Origin: an uncultured Klebsiella sp.
GTDB taxonomy: Bacteria; Pseudomonadota; Gammaproteobacteria; Pseudomonadales; UBA5518
Assembly: GCA_964610955.1 (NCBI GenBank)
Contig: CAZSYV010000004.1
Coordinates: 2,596-65,861, forward strand
Reading direction: 5' to 3'
Length of the DNA: 63,266 nt
Shown in pieces: positions 40,444 to 49,742 of this stretch. The number at the start of each line of letters is the position of its first letter. Position 1 is the first letter of the stretch. Both the position numbers and the translations under genes were made by a program. Below the pieces are notes generated by a model. It was not told where the DNA came from and made no database searches. It saw only the letters and a list, made by a program, of their open reading frames with translations.

Positions 40444-40830
40444 ATGGCTAAAGCAGCGACGAAAAAGGCTCCCGCAAAGAAGAAGGCAGCCGCTGGGGCA
40501 GGTGGCAAGAAGAAGCTGTCGCTTGGCGATCGTATCGCTCAGCTCGAAAAGGACATGACGAAGGACATCAAGGAGCTTACTGCGGCGCTCGAGAAGCGCG
40601 CAAAGGAAGATCTGCGCAAGGCGCGCGAGAAGTTCGAGAAGGACTGGATGAAGGGCCGCACCAAGAAGCAGGCGGAGCGCATCAGTGAAATGCGCAAGAA
40701 GTTTCAGGAGCGGATCGATTCCCTGAGGAAAAAGGCGACGGCAAAACCGGCGAAGAAGACAACGGCGAAAAAGAAGCCGGCTGCCAAGGCACGCAAGGCC
40801 TCGACGGAGAGTGCAGCAAAGGTGTCCTGA
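40444..40830 (+). CDS. Lys/Ala-rich basic protein (histone H1-like tails around a coiled coil)
   Basis: 128 aa with 33 Lys; AGGAG RBS at 40432-40436; followed by its own hairpin. Confidence 0.75.
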   Translation: MAKAATKKAPAKKKAAAGAGGKKKLSLGDRIAQLEKDMTKDIKELTAALEKRAKEDLRKAREKFEKDWMKGRTKKQAERISEMRKKFQERIDSLRKKATAKPAKKTTAKKKPAAKARKASTESAAKVS

Positions 40831-40848
40831 GCTCCCTCCTCTTTGGCT

Positions 40849-40897
40849 GACGGCGAAGCCCGCCTCCCGCAGCAGTGGGTGGCGGGCTTCGTCGTTT
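40849..40897 (+). terminator. Probable intrinsic terminator hairpin
   Basis: 16-bp stem 40849-40864 pairs with 40881-40896 (two G-U pairs), 19 nt after the stop of the Lys-rich gene; the U-tract is weak. Confidence 0.6.
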
Positions 40898-40950
40898 CAT
40901 GAGATGGGCTGCCAGTCGTTCACTCTCCCCGAAATCGGAACATATCGGCA

Positions 40951-41658
40951 ATGGCGTTTCTGCTTGGAATCGAAACCTCCTCGTCGCGCTGCTCCGTAGC
41001 GCTTGGTGACGGTGAGTCGATCGAGGAACTTGCCGAGGATCGACCGCGCGAGCACCACGCGATCATTCTGCCCATGGTTGCCGAACTGCTGCGCCGTGCG
41101 GACGCGAAGCTGCACGAGCTGGATGCAATCGCCTTTGGGCGCGGTCCGGGCTCGTTCACCGGTCTGCGCATTGCCGCCAGCATTACCCAGGGGCTGGCTT
41201 TCGGCGCCGGTCTGCGCGTGGTTGCGGTCTCATCGCTGCAGGCGCTCGCCGCGCAGGCGGGTGAGCGTTCGGGTTGCAGCGCCTGTGAGGTGCTGGTCGC
41301 GGTCGATGCACACCTGGGCGAGATCTACTGGGGGCACTATGTGTGGACTCCCGGCACACTGCAGGTCCTGCACGATGACGGACTTTCGCATACAGGGGAA
41401 TTCCGTGCTGCCGCACGTGGACTGGTCGGAACGATGATTCTCACCGGTGATGCGTGGAGCAAGTATCCGCAAATCCCGCTGCCCGATGCGACACCCGTCG
41501 TTGCAGCAGCCCCCGCGGCACGCGAGGTCGTGAGGCTGGCAGCGCGCATCGAACGCAGCCGCTGGGTCGATGCGTTTCACGCCGAACCCGTTTACGTGCG
41601 CAGTGCGTCGCTGTGGAAGAAGCGCACCGAGCAGGGCGGATCGAGCGGACCTGGATGA
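40951..41658 (+). CDS. tsaB: t6A biosynthesis protein TsaB (YeaZ)
   Basis: 'GIETSS..CSVAL', 'H...ILPMV..LL', 'AFGRGPGSFTGLRIA', 'P.YVR'. Confidence 0.96.
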   Translation: MAFLLGIETSSSRCSVALGDGESIEELAEDRPREHHAIILPMVAELLRRADAKLHELDAIAFGRGPGSFTGLRIAASITQGLAFGAGLRVVAVSSLQALAAQAGERSGCSACEVLVAVDAHLGEIYWGHYVWTPGTLQVLHDDGLSHTGEFRAAARGLVGTMILTGDAWSKYPQIPLPDATPVVAAAPAAREVVRLAARIERSRWVDAFHAEPVYVRSASLWKKRTEQGGSSGPG

Positions 41659-41742
41659 CTTCTTGCCGCTGCGGGTGCGTTGCTATACTCGCGATCGGCA
41701 CGTGACCACTGGGACAGGGATACGCGTTTCGGCTGATACGGC

Positions 41743-42051
41743 ATGCAGATCACACCGAATCTTTCCGTGGTTTCCACTCAGACAGCAGCGCCTGGTGGCA
41801 GGAGCGTGGCGCGCGCAGGCGTGGTGGCGGCACAGGCTCGCGATGACCGTCGGGGCGAGGCCGTTGTGGAGACCGGGACACGGGCTGCCGTGCACCGTGG
41901 AGATGCTGTGCAGTGGGCCCGCGTGCAGCGACTGGATGCGCTCGGACCGGTTCCTGGCCCCGCGCGCAACGCACTGGCGGCCTATCTGGCGGTTGCGCAC
42001 AGTGCGGATGCGGATGCTGTCGGACTGGCCGGCATCGATGTGACCATCTGA
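41743..42051 (+). CDS. Hypothetical small protein
   Basis: 102-aa ORF filling the tsaB-dehydrogenase gap; low-complexity middle; ends 'ALAAYLAVA....LAGIDVTI'. Confidence 0.55.
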   Translation: MQITPNLSVVSTQTAAPGGRSVARAGVVAAQARDDRRGEAVVETGTRAAVHRGDAVQWARVQRLDALGPVPGPARNALAAYLAVAHSADADAVGLAGIDVTI

Positions 42052-42096
42052 GGCACTTTGGCGCAGTACCGGTGTTTCATCGGTACGGGAGGATGC

Positions 42097-43002
42097 ATGA
42101 CACGGCTCGCTTTCATTGGTCTGGGCGTGATGGGCTATTCAATGGCGGGTCACCTCGCGCGGGCGGGGCACACAATGTGCGTATTCAATCGTACCGGCAC
42201 GCGCGCCGAACGCTGGGTGAACGAATTCGGCGGCGTGCGCGCCGATACGCCTGCGCAGGCGGCCGAGGATGCCGAGGTGGTGTTCTGCTGCCTTGGCAAT
42301 GATCACAGCGTGCGCGAGGTGGCATATGGCGAGCACGGTGTGCTCTCGACGCTGCGCCATGGTGCGCTGCTGGTCGACCATACGACCGCATCGGCGCAGC
42401 TTGCCCGCGAGCTCGCGGCGCGGGTCGAGGCCTGTGGTGGGGGCTTTCTCGATGCGCCGGTATCGGGCGGTCAGTCCGGTGCCGAACAGGGGATCCTGAC
42501 CGTGATGGCTGGGGGCAGCGCAGCGGATTTTGCACGCGTCGAACCACTGCTCGAGAGCTACGCGCGCCGGGCCCGCCTGCTTGGCGGTGTCGGTGCGGGG
42601 CAGCTTGCCAAGATGGTCAACCAGATCTGTGTTGCGGGCGTGTTGGCTGGCCTGTCGGAAGGGCTGCACTTTGCACGTCGTGCCGGCCTCGATGCACAGG
42701 CGGTGGTCGAGGTGATCTGCAAGGGCGCCGCCCAGTCCTGGCAGATGGACAATCGCCACTGCACGATGCTGAGCGGGGAATACGAACACGGTTTTGCAGT
42801 CGACTGGATGCGCAAGGATCTTGCCATCGTGCTGGATGAGGCGCGTCGCAACGGGGCAAGCCTGCCGGCCACGGCGCTGGTCGATCAGCTGTACGCCGAA
42901 GTCCAGGCGATGGGCGGTGGACGCTGGGATACCTCGAGCCTGCTTGCGCGCCTTGAACGTGATGTGGAGGGGGGTGATGCCCGAAACCGATCTCACGCGT
43001 GA
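42097..43002 (+). CDS. NAD(P)-dependent beta-hydroxyacid dehydrogenase (HIBADH family)
   Basis: 'FIGLGVMG..MA..L', 'DAPVSGGQ', 'GQLAKMVNQ', 'WMRKDL'. Confidence 0.93.
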   Translation: MTRLAFIGLGVMGYSMAGHLARAGHTMCVFNRTGTRAERWVNEFGGVRADTPAQAAEDAEVVFCCLGNDHSVREVAYGEHGVLSTLRHGALLVDHTTASAQLARELAARVEACGGGFLDAPVSGGQSGAEQGILTVMAGGSAADFARVEPLLESYARRARLLGGVGAGQLAKMVNQICVAGVLAGLSEGLHFARRAGLDAQAVVEVICKGAAQSWQMDNRHCTMLSGEYEHGFAVDWMRKDLAIVLDEARRNGASLPATALVDQLYAEVQAMGGGRWDTSSLLARLERDVEGGDARNRSHA

Positions 43003-44269
43003 GCTGCTGGACTTCCTGGCAGCGTCGCCAACACCGTTTCATGCCGTGGACGCGCTGAGTGCCGTGCTTGCTGCACACGGGTTCACCGAACTTGCCGAGA
43101 CCGAGCGCTGGCACTGTGTTGCCGGTGGGCGCTACTTTCTGCGCCGCAACGGTTCCTCGTTGATTGCGTTCGTGAAGGGCCGCAAGCCGGCGACCGAGAC
43201 GGGAATCCGCCTGATCGGAGCGCATACCGACAGCCCCTGCCTGAAGCCCAAGCCGCAACCCGAGCTGCGTCACGCGGGTTATCTGCAGCTTGGCGTCGAG
43301 GTGTATGGCGGGGCCTTGCTGGGCACCTGGTTCGATCGCGAACTGTCGCTGGCTGGGCGCGTGAGCTACGCCACGGCACATGGTGTGCAGCACGCACTGA
43401 TCGATTTCCGTTCACCGCTGGCGGTGATCCCGAGCTTGGCGATCCATCTCGATCGGGAGGTGAACAAGGGCCGTGCGATCAACGCGCAGACTCACCTGCC
43501 GCCGATACTGGCACTTGCTGCGACGGACTCGCGTGATTACGCCACGCTGGTGCTCGATCGCTTGCTCGAAGAGCACCCGCAGTGCGGGGCGCAGCGGGTG
43601 CTCGGCTGCGATCTGTCGTTCTACGATACCCAGCCGGCACGACTTGTCGGACTGCACGATGAGTTCATCTGCGGTGCGCGCCTCGACAACCTGCTGAGCT
43701 GCTTTGCGGCGGTACACGCGCTGCTGGGCAGCAGTGGCGAGCATGGCGCAATCGTTGTGTGCAATGACCATGAGGAAGTGGGCAGCGTATCGATGGTGGG
43801 CGCCCAGGGTCCGATGTTGCCCGCGATGCTGGCACGACTGTACCCCGAGCGCGAGGACCGTGAACGTGCGCTTGCGCGCTCGTTGCTGGTGTCGACGGAC
43901 AATGCGCATGCGGTACACCCGAACTTTGCCGACAGGCACGACGCCAACCATGCACCGCTGCCCAACGCAGGGCCGGTGATCAAGGTGAACTCCTCGCAGC
44001 GCTATGCAACCAGCAGCGATACGGCGGCGATCTTCCGCTGGTTCTGCGAGCAGGAGGGAGTCCCAGTGCAGAGTTTCGTGGTCCGCAGCGACATGGCCTG
44101 CGGCAGCACGATCGGCCCGCTGACGGCAGCGAACATCGGCGTGCGCACGGTCGATGTCGGTGTGCCGACCCTGGCGATGCACTCGGCGCGCGAACTGGCC
44201 GGTGCCCATGACGTACAGGCACTGGTGCGCGTCCTGCGACGATTCTGTAACGCGTCCAGAGTGTGCTGA
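42977..44269 (+). CDS. M18-family aspartyl aminopeptidase
   Basis: 'SPTPFHAV', 'GAHTDSPCL', 'RLDNL.SC', 'DHEEVGS', 'DNAH..HPN', 'CGSTIGP', 'MHSARE'. Confidence 0.95.
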   Translation: MPETDLTRELLDFLAASPTPFHAVDALSAVLAAHGFTELAETERWHCVAGGRYFLRRNGSSLIAFVKGRKPATETGIRLIGAHTDSPCLKPKPQPELRHAGYLQLGVEVYGGALLGTWFDRELSLAGRVSYATAHGVQHALIDFRSPLAVIPSLAIHLDREVNKGRAINAQTHLPPILALAATDSRDYATLVLDRLLEEHPQCGAQRVLGCDLSFYDTQPARLVGLHDEFICGARLDNLLSCFAAVHALLGSSGEHGAIVVCNDHEEVGSVSMVGAQGPMLPAMLARLYPEREDRERALARSLLVSTDNAHAVHPNFADRHDANHAPLPNAGPVIKVNSSQRYATSSDTAAIFRWFCEQEGVPVQSFVVRSDMACGSTIGPLTAANIGVRTVDVGVPTLAMHSARELAGAHDVQALVRVLRRFCNASRVC

Positions 44270-44281
44270 TGTGCGGATGTC

Positions 44282-45073
44282 TCAGCTGCCCGTGTAGACC
44301 GCAGCTCGCTTGCCAAGGAACGCGCTTACGCCTTCGCGTCCGTCCGTGGTGACGGCGGCGGCGGCGATCTCGCTGCCTTCGAGATCCATCTGTGATTCGA
44401 GCGTGTTGTGGTAGGTCGAGACCAACAGCCGCTTGACCGAACCATAGGCGAGGGTCGGGCCATTGGCGATCTGGGCAGCCAGTGCCGAGGTCGCCGTGGA
44501 CAGCTCGGCATCGTCGACGACGCGGGTGACGATGCCCCACTCGAGGGCTTCCTCGGCTCCCAGCCTGCGGTTGGTCAGGATCAGCTCCTGGGCGCGGCGC
44601 AGGCCCACGATGCGTGGCAGGAAATAGGTGGCGCCACCGTCGGGCACCAGCCCGGCCGCCGTGTAGGCGAGGGTGAATTTCGCCGAGCGCGCCGCGAGGA
44701 CCAGATCGCCACCCAGCGCAAGGCTGAACCCTGCGCCTGCGGCTGCACCGTTGACCGCGACGATCAGCGGCGCACGCATGCGTGCCAGGTTCGAGATTGC
44801 TGCATGCAGCAGCAGCGTCAGCTCCTTCATGTGGCTCTGCAGCCGCGCCGAGTTGCTCACGAAACTGTTCAGGTCACCACCGGCACAGAACATGCGCCCA
44901 TTGGCGTCAAGCACGACGGCTCGCAGCGAGTCGTCGTGCCGGCACTCGAGCGAGACCTGCAGCAGATCGCGCGCCATCGCGAGATTGATGCCGTTTGCTG
45001 CCTCGGGGCGATTCAGCGTGATGCGCGCAATCGGCGCTTCCCGGACGAATTCGATGGTATCGAAAGTGCTCAT
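44282..45073 (-). CDS. Enoyl-CoA hydratase/isomerase (PaaG-like)
   Basis: 'ITLNRPE..N', 'FCAGGDL', 'VNG.AAGAG.SLA' (lacks the first Glu), 'GLVPDGG.TYFLPR'. Confidence 0.88.
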   Translation of the reverse strand: MSTFDTIEFVREAPIARITLNRPEAANGINLAMARDLLQVSLECRHDDSLRAVVLDANGRMFCAGGDLNSFVSNSARLQSHMKELTLLLHAAISNLARMRAPLIVAVNGAAAGAGFSLALGGDLVLAARSAKFTLAYTAAGLVPDGGATYFLPRIVGLRRAQELILTNRRLGAEEALEWGIVTRVVDDAELSTATSALAAQIANGPTLAYGSVKRLLVSTYHNTLESQMDLEGSEIAAAAVTTDGREGVSAFLGKRAAVYTGS

Positions 45074-45218
45074 CGATGGGTCTCCTGACGGGGGCTCGTG
45101 GTGCAGGCGCGAGTATGGGCAAGCGCCACCGGACGGGTCAATCGAGATGCCCCGTCACGGATTGGCGGTGACTTGCCGCGCCACGTATCATTGGCGGCCT
45201 CGCGCGGGATGAGCAGGC

Positions 45219-46229
45219 ATGAGACAGCACCGAATTCTGACGGGAATCACCACCACCGGTACGCCGCACCTTGGCAACTACGTCGGTGCGATACGCCCGG
45301 CGATCGAGGCGAGCAGGCAGCCCGATACGTTGTGCTTCTATTTTCTGGCCGACCTGCATTCGCTGATCAAGAACCAGGACCCGGGACTGCTGCGCCGCTC
45401 GACGGGTGAGATCGCGGCGACCTGGCTCGCCTGCGGGCTGGATGCCTCGCGCGTGGTGTTCTACCGCCAGTCGGACATCGCCGAGATTCCCGAGCTCTGC
45501 TGGTTGCTGAGCTGCATGACGGCAAAGGGTCTGATGAACCGCGCGCATGCCTACAAGGCTGCCGTACAGTCGAACCTGGATGCCGGACAGGATGCCGATT
45601 TCGGCATCACGATGGGGCTCTACGGCTATCCGGTGCTGATGGCGGCAGACATTCTGATGTTCGGCGCCGATCGTGTGCCGGTCGGTCGTGACCAGATTCA
45701 GCACGTCGAGATGGCGCGTGACATCGCGCAGCGTTTCAACCATCACTATGGAGAGCACCTGGTGCTACCCAGTGCGGTGGTCGACGACGATGTGGCCGTG
45801 CTCTCGGGGCTCGACGGGCGCAAGATGAGCAAGAGCTACGGCAATACGATTCCGCTGTTCCTGCCGGAGAAGCAGCTGCAGAAGCACATCAACCGCATCA
45901 AGACCAACCTGCAGGTGCCCGGAGAGCCCAAGAACCCGGATGATTCGACGGTCTTCGAGATATGGCAGGCGTTTGCGAGCGTGGAGCAACGCGAGGAGAT
46001 GCGCCGTGAGTTTGCTGCCGGCATTGCCTGGGGCGAGGCAAAGCAGCGACTGTTCGAACTGCTGAACGGGCAGCTGTGCGAACCGCGCGCACGCTACGAG
46101 GAGCTGATGGCGCAGCCGGCGCTGATCGAGAAACTGCTGCGTGAAGGTGCCGAACGTGCCCGCAGCTACAGCCGGCCGCTGCTGGAGCGTTTGCGCGAGG
46201 CTGTCGGTCTGCAGCGAGTCGACGTGTGA
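45219..46229 (+). CDS. trpS: Tryptophanyl-tRNA synthetase
   Basis: 'TGITTTGTPHLGNY', 'YPVLMAADIL', 'VPVGRDQ.QH.E', 'KMSKS'. Confidence 0.98.
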   Translation: MRQHRILTGITTTGTPHLGNYVGAIRPAIEASRQPDTLCFYFLADLHSLIKNQDPGLLRRSTGEIAATWLACGLDASRVVFYRQSDIAEIPELCWLLSCMTAKGLMNRAHAYKAAVQSNLDAGQDADFGITMGLYGYPVLMAADILMFGADRVPVGRDQIQHVEMARDIAQRFNHHYGEHLVLPSAVVDDDVAVLSGLDGRKMSKSYGNTIPLFLPEKQLQKHINRIKTNLQVPGEPKNPDDSTVFEIWQAFASVEQREEMRREFAAGIAWGEAKQRLFELLNGQLCEPRARYEELMAQPALIEKLLREGAERARSYSRPLLERLREAVGLQRVDV

Positions 46230-46317
46230 GGGGCCTGTAAGTGGAATCTGCCTTCGTCGCTATACTTGAGCAAGATGGCCATCCGCGTGCACGGTCGCAG
46301 CGACAGGAGGCATTTGC

Positions 46318-46755
46318 ATGACATGGGGAGTCATTCTGATTCTGCTGTTCGCCGGAATCTATGTCGGCCTGCGCCTGCATCACGGGTCCAGAAAGACACG
46401 ACGGACGACGAGGCGCGTGCGCGTGGAGGACGGCCGTCGCCACCCGGTGCGCAGCGCCCCCGCAGCTACGACAAAGGACGGTTTCCAGGGCAACCTGGTG
46501 ATGCCGCAGAGAGACAGTTGCGAGGCGGTCCAGCGCTTGCGTGGACGGACATTTCCTGCCGATCGCGTCATCGAGCTCCCGGTCAATGGCTGCGATCGCA
46601 CATCCTGCGGTTGCCACCTGCATCGCATCATGGGGCGGCGACTGTCTTTGCGTCGCGCCCAGTCGGATCGGCGAACCGATGTGCGCTTCGATCTCGATCG
46701 CCGCACGGGGCGCGATCGGCGCAAGGGTGCGGATACCTGGAGAAGCGATGCATGA
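46318..46755 (+). CDS. Hypothetical membrane-anchored Cys4 protein with an Arg-rich DRR-repeat tail
   Basis: AGGAGG RBS; N-terminal TM; C...CxxxxCxC; tail 'SDRR..RFDLDRRTGRDRR'. Confidence 0.7.
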   Translation: MTWGVILILLFAGIYVGLRLHHGSRKTRRTTRRVRVEDGRRHPVRSAPAATTKDGFQGNLVMPQRDSCEAVQRLRGRTFPADRVIELPVNGCDRTSCGCHLHRIMGRRLSLRRAQSDRRTDVRFDLDRRTGRDRRKGADTWRSDA

Positions 46756-46765
46756 GTCGGGGCGT

Positions 46766-48076
46766 ATGGCAAGAACGCTGAGATCGAAGCGCAGCTTTCC
46801 ACAGCGTGGACTGCGCAACATCATGCACCGCATCACGGTGGTGCCCGATCTGGATGAGGTGACGCAGATCGACCACGACAACGAGTGCGATCCGCGCGAG
46901 GCAGGCATTGAACCGCAGCGTACGCAGGCGATCTGGGATGCCGTGCGCACGCTTTATCGCAGTGGCTATTACCCGGCGATCATGTTCAGCCTGAGACGCG
47001 GCGGGCGCACGGTGTTCAGTCGTGCGATCGGACACTCATGCGGCAATGCGCCGGGTGCGTCCGAGGATCAACCCAAGCGTCTCGCGACGATCTCGACACC
47101 AAGCTGTATCTTCTCGGCCTCGAAGGCACTCACCGCAGTGCTCATCCACCGCATGGAGGAGCGGGGGGATCTCGTGCTGCAGAACCCCATCGCCTACTAC
47201 CTGCCCGAGTTTGCCCGCAAGGGCAAGGACCGCATCACGATTCAGCATCTCCTGACACATCGAGCAGGTATCCCGAGCATCGGTGGTGTCGAGGATCCGC
47301 GTGTCGTGCTCGACCACGAGCAGTGCCTGCAGTTGCTCTGCGAGGTGCAGCCGCGCTATCCGTGTGGGCAGCGGCAGGCGTATCACGCGATCACCGGTGG
47401 CGTGATTCTTGCGGAAGTCGTCCGTCGTGTTGCCGGGATGGATATCCGCGAGGCGTGGCGCAGCTGGTTCAAGGAGCCGATGGGTTTCGGTGTGCTGGAT
47501 TATGGGGCGAGTGAGGCGATACGTTCACGGCTTGCAGCGCAGTCACTCACGGGTATCCATGGCGTGCGCTGGGTCGATGAACTGGGGCGTCGACTGATCG
47601 GCGTGCGTTTCGAGGACGTGCTTGAACTGGCTGCCGATCCGGCTTTCTATCGTGCGGTGATTCCTTCGGCCAACATGGTCGCCACCGCCGGGGAAATGAC
47701 TGCGTTCTACCAGATGCTGCTCGATGGGGGGAGATGGAATGGCCGACAGATCCTGCAGCCGGAGACGATCATGCGTGCAACGATGGCCGCGGGGCCGTCG
47801 GCGCGTGACGCCACGATCGGTGTGCCGATGCGCTACAGCCCCGGCTTCATGCTCGGTGGCTCACCGTTCGGACTGTTTGGTGCAAACTCGTCGCGTGCGT
47901 TCGGACATGTCGGATTGTCGAACAACCTGACCTGGGCCGACCCCGAGCGTGGCATCTCGGTAGCCCTGCTGCTCAACGGAATACCCATCGTGGCAAACAA
48001 TCTGCTTGCATTGCTGCGCCTGCTCACCCGTATCACCGCAGGGTGTCCACGTGTCCGTGCACGGCGCAGAAAATGA
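46766..48076 (+). CDS. Serine hydrolase, beta-lactamase/esterase family (mycobacterial LipE-like)
   Basis: SxxK 'FSASKA', 'LLTHRAG', 'YHAITGG', 'FGHVG'; 'IWDAVR.LYRSGYYPAI..RAIGH..GNAP' resembles LipE as recalled. The start codon is uncertain (46748, 46766 or 46823). Confidence 0.88.
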   Translation: MARTLRSKRSFPQRGLRNIMHRITVVPDLDEVTQIDHDNECDPREAGIEPQRTQAIWDAVRTLYRSGYYPAIMFSLRRGGRTVFSRAIGHSCGNAPGASEDQPKRLATISTPSCIFSASKALTAVLIHRMEERGDLVLQNPIAYYLPEFARKGKDRITIQHLLTHRAGIPSIGGVEDPRVVLDHEQCLQLLCEVQPRYPCGQRQAYHAITGGVILAEVVRRVAGMDIREAWRSWFKEPMGFGVLDYGASEAIRSRLAAQSLTGIHGVRWVDELGRRLIGVRFEDVLELAADPAFYRAVIPSANMVATAGEMTAFYQMLLDGGRWNGRQILQPETIMRATMAAGPSARDATIGVPMRYSPGFMLGGSPFGLFGANSSRAFGHVGLSNNLTWADPERGISVALLLNGIPIVANNLLALLRLLTRITAGCPRVRARRRK

Positions 48077-48099
48077 CCGGTTTGCGGGGCGGTGCCGTC

Positions 48100-48750
48100 T
48101 CAGCCCTGTGGCATGCCCAGCCACGACCGAATGCGTGAGTCGCGCCGCAGACCGATCACCAGTGATGCACCGGCATCGCGCAGCGCGATCACCGTTGCGG
48201 CACGGATCGCGTCCTCATCCGAGGTCAGTGCCGCAGTAGGCGTTTTGCCGTAGGCGGTGAAGTTCCAGTGGGCGATCGACTCCCCCGAGACGTCGAGGAT
48301 CTCCAGATCGTACTTGACCCAGATCTCGAAGATCTTCGCACGGGTATCGGCTGGCAGCGCAAACTGGAATTCGCTGACGCGCGGCACGATGATCGCCTGC
48401 ATGCCTGCAGGGCCACCGTGCGGCCCGGACAGCTCGTGCAGTTCGCGAAACGTGCTGGAGAACACGCTGCGAAATGCCTGCACCTGCGGATTTCCCAGGT
48501 TGATCGTCCATTCCTGCGCGGACGGAGCCGGGCGCTTTTCCTGGTGCGAGAACGTGCTGAATTCAGGAGGAAAATACACACCGATCGAAAGCTCCAGGGG
48601 ATCGACGAGTGCTGCCGGAAAGTCGTCGAGCGCGCGAACGTCGACGATGTGTGGACCACAGGCTGCAAGCAGCAGGGTGAGCAGCATGGGCACGATTGCC
48701 CTCAGTCGCAGCAGATCAGCCGGTGGTGAATGCCGAGGTTTCCAAGTCAC
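48100..48750 (-). CDS. Hypothetical lipoprotein (last gene of the TonB/vWA operon)
   Basis: Lipobox 'LLLAAC'; GTG start overlaps the upstream TGA, with GGAGG 7 nt upstream. Confidence 0.75.
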   Translation of the reverse strand: MTWKPRHSPPADLLRLRAIVPMLLTLLLAACGPHIVDVRALDDFPAALVDPLELSIGVYFPPEFSTFSHQEKRPAPSAQEWTINLGNPQVQAFRSVFSSTFRELHELSGPHGGPAGMQAIIVPRVSEFQFALPADTRAKIFEIWVKYDLEILDVSGESIAHWNFTAYGKTPTAALTSDEDAIRAATVIALRDAGASLVIGLRRDSRIRSWLGMPQG

Positions 48751-49742
48751 CTGTAATCCTCCAGTCCGACGAAGGTACCGTCGTTGCGCCATGTCAGCTC
48801 GCGCATCAGCGATGCGAAGCGCACCCCGGTGAAATCCTGATTCGGAGCAAGTGCAAATACCGTCGGGAAGCCGATGGCGTGGATGCGAACCAGCCGCTCG
48901 CCGCCGGTTTCGGCGTTGATGCGATCGACCTCGTTGATCACGCTGGCAATCGATTTCCCGGTGAATTCGTCACCGAGCACGTAGATGCTGATGCGTCGTC
49001 CCGGACGGTGGAAGGTACGGATCGCCGCCACGATGCCCTCGACCGGGCTGCTGTTGCTGTAAGGGTTCCAGTTGGCAAAGCGGCTGATGATCGCGTGCCG
49101 GCGCGCCGGGGTGTCGGGAATCCACTGCCCCCGGTAGCTGGAGAACATGTAGTCCCCCATGTCGTTCATCACCTGGATGCCCTTCAGCTTTGGATAGATG
49201 TCGAGGATGTGGATCATCTCGCGCTGCGTGCGCGGCCAGGCGTTGTAGAACATGCTTCCCGAAGTGTCGATCACGAAGATCACGTATTCGCTGTCGATCG
49301 GTATGCCGCCGATCGTGTCGTCACGGCGTTTTCCCTGCGCGCCGAGCAGGCGCTTCATCTCGGCGGTGAGGCGTTGCTTCGCGCTCTCGAGCTGTCCGGT
49401 GAGGCGGTCCTCGACCGTGTCGGTGCTGTGTGAGGCGGCGTGTTCACCACGGATCGTGGAGAGATCGCCCTGCAGGCGTGCCACCGCATCCAGCGTCTCG
49501 GAGAGCTGCTCGCGACGCGCATCGAGGTCGCGCTCGAACCGTATCGACTCACCGCGCAACTCCTGCAGTTCCTCCTGGAGTGCCGCGATGCGCCCGTGCA
49601 GGTCCTGTGTGCTGCGCTCCAGTGCCCGTGGCGCACCAATGCGCGTGATCATCATCAGCAGGATGATTGCTCCGAAGCCACAGCAGATCACGTCGAGAAA
49701 CGACAGGCTGAACGCCTCACTCGCGCGCCGGTTGAATCTCAT
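48747..49742 (-). CDS. Membrane-anchored vWA-domain protein 2
   Basis: TM 'FSLSFLDVICCGFGAIILLMMI', coiled coil, MIDAS 'IDTSGS', 'VLGDEF'. Confidence 0.85.
   Translation of the reverse strand: MRFNRRASEAFSLSFLDVICCGFGAIILLMMITRIGAPRALERSTQDLHGRIAALQEELQELRGESIRFERDLDARREQLSETLDAVARLQGDLSTIRGEHAASHSTDTVEDRLTGQLESAKQRLTAEMKRLLGAQGKRRDDTIGGIPIDSEYVIFVIDTSGSMFYNAWPRTQREMIHILDIYPKLKGIQVMNDMGDYMFSSYRGQWIPDTPARRHAIISRFANWNPYSNSSPVEGIVAAIRTFHRPGRRISIYVLGDEFTGKSIASVINEVDRINAETGGERLVRIHAIGFPTVFALAPNQDFTGVRFASLMRELTWRNDGTFVGLEDYR

Noticed and set aside
41711-41740. Sigma-28-like promoter before the small orphan
   Set aside because: GCTGATAC only loosely matches GCCGATAA and there is no TAAA -35.
46766-48076. 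Beta-lactamase resistance gene
   Set aside because: SxxK fold, but no signal peptide and LipE-like features point to a cytoplasmic esterase.
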